From positions 154,633 through 192,099 of the forward strand of contig WELA01003053.1 in the NCBI GenBank assembly GCA_009602735.1: a DNA stretch of 37,467 nucleotides, read 5' to 3'. The stretch is from Mesotaenium endlicherianum (lineage: Eukaryota). The notes beneath the pieces were generated by a model. The model did no database searches, had not been told where the DNA came from, and was given only the letters and a program-made list of their open reading frames with translations. This document shows positions 33,809 to 37,467 of this stretch, in pieces; position 1 is the stretch's first letter; the number at the start of each line of letters is the position of its first letter. The position numbers and the translations under genes are program-made.

Positions 33809-34933
33809 ATGAGCGGGATGACTCAATTGTCTGAACTCAAGAGGAAAACAAGGGCGGATGAGGCACAGGCGGAGTACAAGGAGTTCCATGGCGACATCGA
33901 ATCATCCTCCATCTCTTCTCGAGAATTAGAGCAACTTCGACTACAGCGAGAGGCTCAGAAGAGGAAGGAGGAGGAAGAACAGGCCAGGTTGAGACAGGAG
34001 GAACAGGACAGAAAAGATGCAGAGGAAGCTAAGAAAGCGGAGGAACAAAGGTTGGCTGAGGAGAGGCAGGAGCAGCAGGTCGAGGAGGAACAGAGGAGAA
34101 TCATTAGTTATCGCTACACGGTGATGGGCAAGGGCTTTGATCTTTTGGAGGAGGCCTTCAAGTACGCCCAGAGGAACCAAAGTGAATCACGGAGGGACAT
34201 ACTGCAGTGGGAAGGGGAGACAGCCCAAGATTTTGACAAGTACATAGAAGTCAGCACAGGGCTTCTACTGTACCATGACTATGCCAAGACGGTGGGGTAT
34301 ACGATCCGAGAGGCCAAAGCATTGGCCCACATAGGTGAATCTGAAACGGTGCCAATACCTGGGATCTGGGGCACAGACAGGGTCATCGGATTGATCCCTA
34401 TGCATACAAACAGCTTCAAGGATGCCACTTCCCACAACCAATTCAAGGCCATGTATAACGAGGTGGAGAGAAGAAGCTGGGAGTTCTTGGCAAGGGAGGC
34501 CAACCAGTTGGATTTCTCAGGTCACAAGTACCCCTGTACTTTGAAGAGGACGGATCCTGCTTTCTTTCTACAGCCCACTGACTGGCGCTGGATGACCATC
34601 ACCATGAAGGAACAGCAAAATGACAGAGCTGAGGAAGACGATTTCCTGGCAGATTTGCAGGGGAAGATAGTGCTGCCACCTCACATTGCAGCATGGGACC
34701 CACGGCTGGATGGAGTCAGGAACTGCATAAGTCAGGAGACACACGAGGATAAGACCAGGGCCAAAGATTCTTTCTCTAAGGGGAAGCATGCTTATGCAAA
34801 TTGGGCAAGTAAGCAAGGGGAGAAAGACCTGTATGCAGTCAGGACCCAACAACCTCCACCTGCACCCAAAAGGGGGAGGTCAGTGGGATACTCTTTTTCT
34901 CGAGAACGGTTGGAGGAGATGATTAGAGTGTAA
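33809..34933 (+). CDS. Family B extra ORF (ORF3), N-terminal 373 codons; unknown function; truncated by the B2 LTR
   Basis: 374-aa open frame with an E/K/R/Q coiled-coil-like N-part and a mixed, globular-looking core. The final V* is supplied by the LTR start (G-TGTAA). Confidence 0.75.
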   Translation: MSGMTQLSELKRKTRADEAQAEYKEFHGDIESSSISSRELEQLRLQREAQKRKEEEEQARLRQEEQDRKDAEEAKKAEEQRLAEERQEQQVEEEQRRIISYRYTVMGKGFDLLEEAFKYAQRNQSESRRDILQWEGETAQDFDKYIEVSTGLLLYHDYAKTVGYTIREAKALAHIGESETVPIPGIWGTDRVIGLIPMHTNSFKDATSHNQFKAMYNEVERRSWEFLAREANQLDFSGHKYPCTLKRTDPAFFLQPTDWRWMTITMKEQQNDRAEEDDFLADLQGKIVLPPHIAAWDPRLDGVRNCISQETHEDKTRAKDSFSKGKHAYANWASKQGEKDLYAVRTQQPPPAPKRGRSVGYSFSRERLEEMIRV

Positions 34934-35647
34934 TGAATCAGTGTATCGGTTGATATAATGTTCATGTAAATATAGTAGTTAAATAAGTTCAGCCTGCTGA
35001 ATCCTAGTTAACATTCAGTCGGCTGGACTTGATTAAAATATCAGTTTAATGACTCAGCCAGAAGCAACAGGCTGAAGTCAACTGAAGTCAGCTTGCTAAC
35101 ACATTCTTTGACAGCCAGCTGACTTTTGTACTCGGTAGCAGCGAACTGCCTCGATATGCATCTAAGTGTGGTGTGCTAGATGGATGGTCAGATGACATCC
35201 TTAGGATGGATGGCAATTTGGGATGATGGGAGATGGCCGTGGATTTGGTTAACCGAGGTCCTACCAACGTGGTTAACTCCCGGGTAGGCGGTGCCATCGC
35301 ACTGGCCGTTGAACAATAAACTCATTCCATGTACATATGCTAGGTATTGCTATCGAGTTCGGCATTCGGAAACGAGGCCAACTCTCTTGTACTGCTTACT
35401 GAGAGATATCTGGATCCAAGGCAAGAAGCCATTGATATGCACTGTCTTCTAGCCTTGCTTATGTATGAGTTTACTGATTTGCATTATTGATGCTAGTTAC
35501 TTGCATTTGATTTGCGTGTATTGTCCACTGCTAGTGTGTTGTTCTTTGCTGTTAAACCAATTAACAAAAAACATCGTAAAGATTACTTGCTGATAAAAAG
35601 ATCTTAATTAATTGTTAGTCGCCTAATTGGTAAGTCGATTCATTGCA
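34929..35647 (+). repeat. B2 5' LTR (~719 bp)
   Basis: TGTAATG...CATTGCA; homologous to, but clearly diverged from, the B0 and B1 LTRs. Confidence 0.9.
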
Positions 35648-35681
35648 GTGGTACCGGAGCAGTTATCACAGTCTTCTTTGT

Positions 35682-36388
35682 ATGGTAAGGACAAGGTCTC
35701 AAACTAGCAACTCCCGAGACATGGAGAACCAGGATAACGAGAATGTCCAAAATCAGGATGAAAGCCATGTAGCGGGAACCCGTACCTATTCTGAAGCAGT
35801 GGCAGATACTGCAGCTAGAGAGGCTGCAAATGAGGCAACTGCTATTGTCGCAGTCGCAGCATAGCAGGCTGAGGAGGAGAGCGTTTGATTAGAAGCTGAA
35901 CGATTAGCAAAAGCTGCTGAAGAAGCAGAAAGAAAGGAAGGCCAACGGACGAGCGCACCGTCGAAGAACGTATGGCATCAAGGGCCAATATTCTGAACCC
36001 ACCTCCTGCTGTACAACTCAATGTGCCCCTAGGTCAAATTCGTGACCGGCTGAATACGGCAAGAATTCCCGCTGCAGGAGCAAGAGGGACTGTTGAGGAC
36101 ACTACTCAGCAAGTTGATGCCACTGCTACTGCTGCAATTGCTAGACTCCCACCTCAGAGTGTGGATTTGGAAGCATTGTTCGTGCAAATGCAATCGCAAA
36201 TGGCGAGCATGTATCATTCCCAATAGGAGGACAAAAGAATCATAATGTCTCTGCTGCGGGACAGAGACCAACTGAGTTCTCAAGCCACTGGTGGTGGTGG
36301 CAGAGGGCCTAGTAAGCCCAAGCCAAAACCTCCCCAGGATTATGATCCTGAGGGGAACAAAAAGTATTACCTGATCAAGTTTCTCGCT
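35682..36388 (+). pseudogene. gag: B2 gag 5' part
   Basis: MVRTRSQTSNS...; several stops and a frameshift. Confidence 0.88.
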
Positions 36389-37467
36389 CAGGGTTACGCC
36401 GTACGCCGTATTGGCCAACCTTCGTACGCTTAAATAAGCGTACTGCGTCGATACGCTCGTACTAAGCGTACGATTAACTTTTTATTCGTGCGCGCCGCCC
36501 AGCAACGTTTTGACACCTTCAAGTCCGCCACCGCACGCTCTGTTTCACTCATGACTTTGCATACATCGTCGATCGACGGGATTCAAACTACCAAGTGCAT
36601 CTTGACAGGTTTGTGGAGCAACGGCGGGAACTAAAAAAAAGTCACTAGCCTTTTCACCAATATTTTGGCCACCAGCCATTTCAATTTTTGCCTCCAACGT
36701 GCATCTGCTTGAGTTGCTGCCCATCTTACAAGCTACAATCCTTTTGGCCAATTTCGCGGAGCCTACTTAAGAGACTTATAGCGCCTTTCTTTGCATTTCG
36801 CACCTGCTATTCATCGTAAGTTTTCTTACTTCCGCATTTAGGACCTTGGTGCCTTGCATTCCTTAGGCTGTAACACATCCAGGCCAGCAGCGGACGGGCC
36901 GAAGCTGGAGTGGACGGCGTGATTCAAGCCCGTTCTGTACTACAAGGTGGCGCCGTCTTCACGCTCACGCGCCTCACCACCAACATCTCTCAGGTGCGTC
37001 CATCCCCTCTTGCCCTTTTTGCGACCAGCCCCTTGCTTGCTATTGTTGGGGCTGGCTGCCAGCCCCTTGCTTGCTCTTAGGGGGGCTGGCTGTCAGGCCC
37101 TTGCGTGCTTTTGTCGGGGCTGGCAACCAGCCCCTTGCTTGCTTGTGTCGGGGCTGGCTGCCTGCCCCTTGTTTGCTTTTTGGGGGGCTGGCAACCAGCC
37201 CCTTGCTTTTTTGTGTTGGGGCTGGCAGCCAGCCCCTTGCTTGCCTGTGTCGGGGCTGGCTGCTAGCCCTTTGCTTCATTGTGTTGGGGCTGGCAACTAG
37301 CCCCTTCATTGCTTGTGTCGGGATTGGCTGCCAGCCCCTTGCATGCTTTTTGGGGGCCTGGCAACCAGCCCCTTGCTTGCTTTTAGGGGGGCTAGCTGCC
37401 AGCCCCTTGTGTACTTTTGTCGGGGCTGGCAACCAGCCCCTTGCTTCCCTGTGTCGGGGCTGGCTGC
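36389..37467. mobile_element. Probable hAT-type DNA transposon end inserted in B2 gag (other end outside the window)
   Basis: gag homology stops abruptly; new sequence starts CAGGGTT and has clustered subterminal CGTA/CGTACG motifs; no transposase or second TIR visible. Confidence 0.5.
37025..37467. repeat. 34-bp palindromic minisatellite, ~13 copies, running off the window
   Basis: CCAGCCCC-N15-GGGGCTGG-C(TG/AA) units. Confidence 0.93.

Larger units (their letters stand above)
18635..34928 (+). mobile_element. Family B Ty3/gypsy chromovirus, copy B1 (5' LTR-gag-pol-chromo-ORF3), carrying nested piggyBac and A2, interrupted by B2
   Basis: LTR, degenerate PBS, gag and pol segments that rejoin in frame once the nested elements are removed. 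Confidence 0.9.
34929..36388 (+). mobile_element. Family B chromovirus, copy B2: 5' LTR, PBS and gag start, interrupted at 36388
   Basis: LTR followed by PBS TGGTACCGGAGC (35649-35660) and gag colinear with B1 up to ...IKFLA. Confidence 0.9.

Noticed and set aside
33809..34933. ORF3 as a retroviral env-like gene
   Set aside because: Position fits, but no signal peptide or hydrophobic transmembrane segment is visible in either fragment.
34929..35647. This LTR as the 3' LTR of B1 (tandem elements sharing an LTR)
   Set aside because: The family PPT does not precede it, it truncates an ORF mid-codon, it is followed by PBS and gag, and it differs substantially from the B1 5' LTR. Better read as the 5' LTR of a nested copy.
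36947..37432. Repetitive ORFs on both strands at the window end
   Set aside because: Translations of a 34-bp (non-triplet) minisatellite.
37025..37467. Palindromic repeat with variable inserts resembling a CRISPR array
   Set aside because: Variable parts are only ~15 nt and similar to each other; eukaryotic context; no cas genes. It is a minisatellite.

Overview
Eukaryotic, green-plant-lineage DNA. The host gene closely resembles plant VIP6/ELF8, so a streptophyte alga or early land plant is an inference. Positions 1-4.6 kb hold the first seven coding exons of CTR9 (PAF1 complex, minus strand). Two intronless F-box/LRR-like pseudogenes follow as a tail-to-tail inverted pair (6262-7700 + and 16272-17360 -), with a decayed Ty3/gypsy chromovirus (family A, copy A1) between them. 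From 17366 onward the window is one transposon nest. A family-B chromovirus (B0, -) sits in the second F-box gene. B1 (+) sits in B0, and B1 is itself hit by a piggyBac-like element, a young near-intact family-A copy (A2, -) and a third family-B copy (B2, +). B2 is cut by a probable hAT element that carries a palindromic 34-bp minisatellite. Most notable: family B appears to carry an extra ~500-aa sense ORF between pol and the 3' LTR, preceded by duplicated PPT-like motifs and a 10-bp-phased TGACAG array. Two family-B insertions appear to have landed about 2 bp apart at the same site in that ORF, which suggests self-targeting. All alignments and counts were done by eye; no database searches were run.
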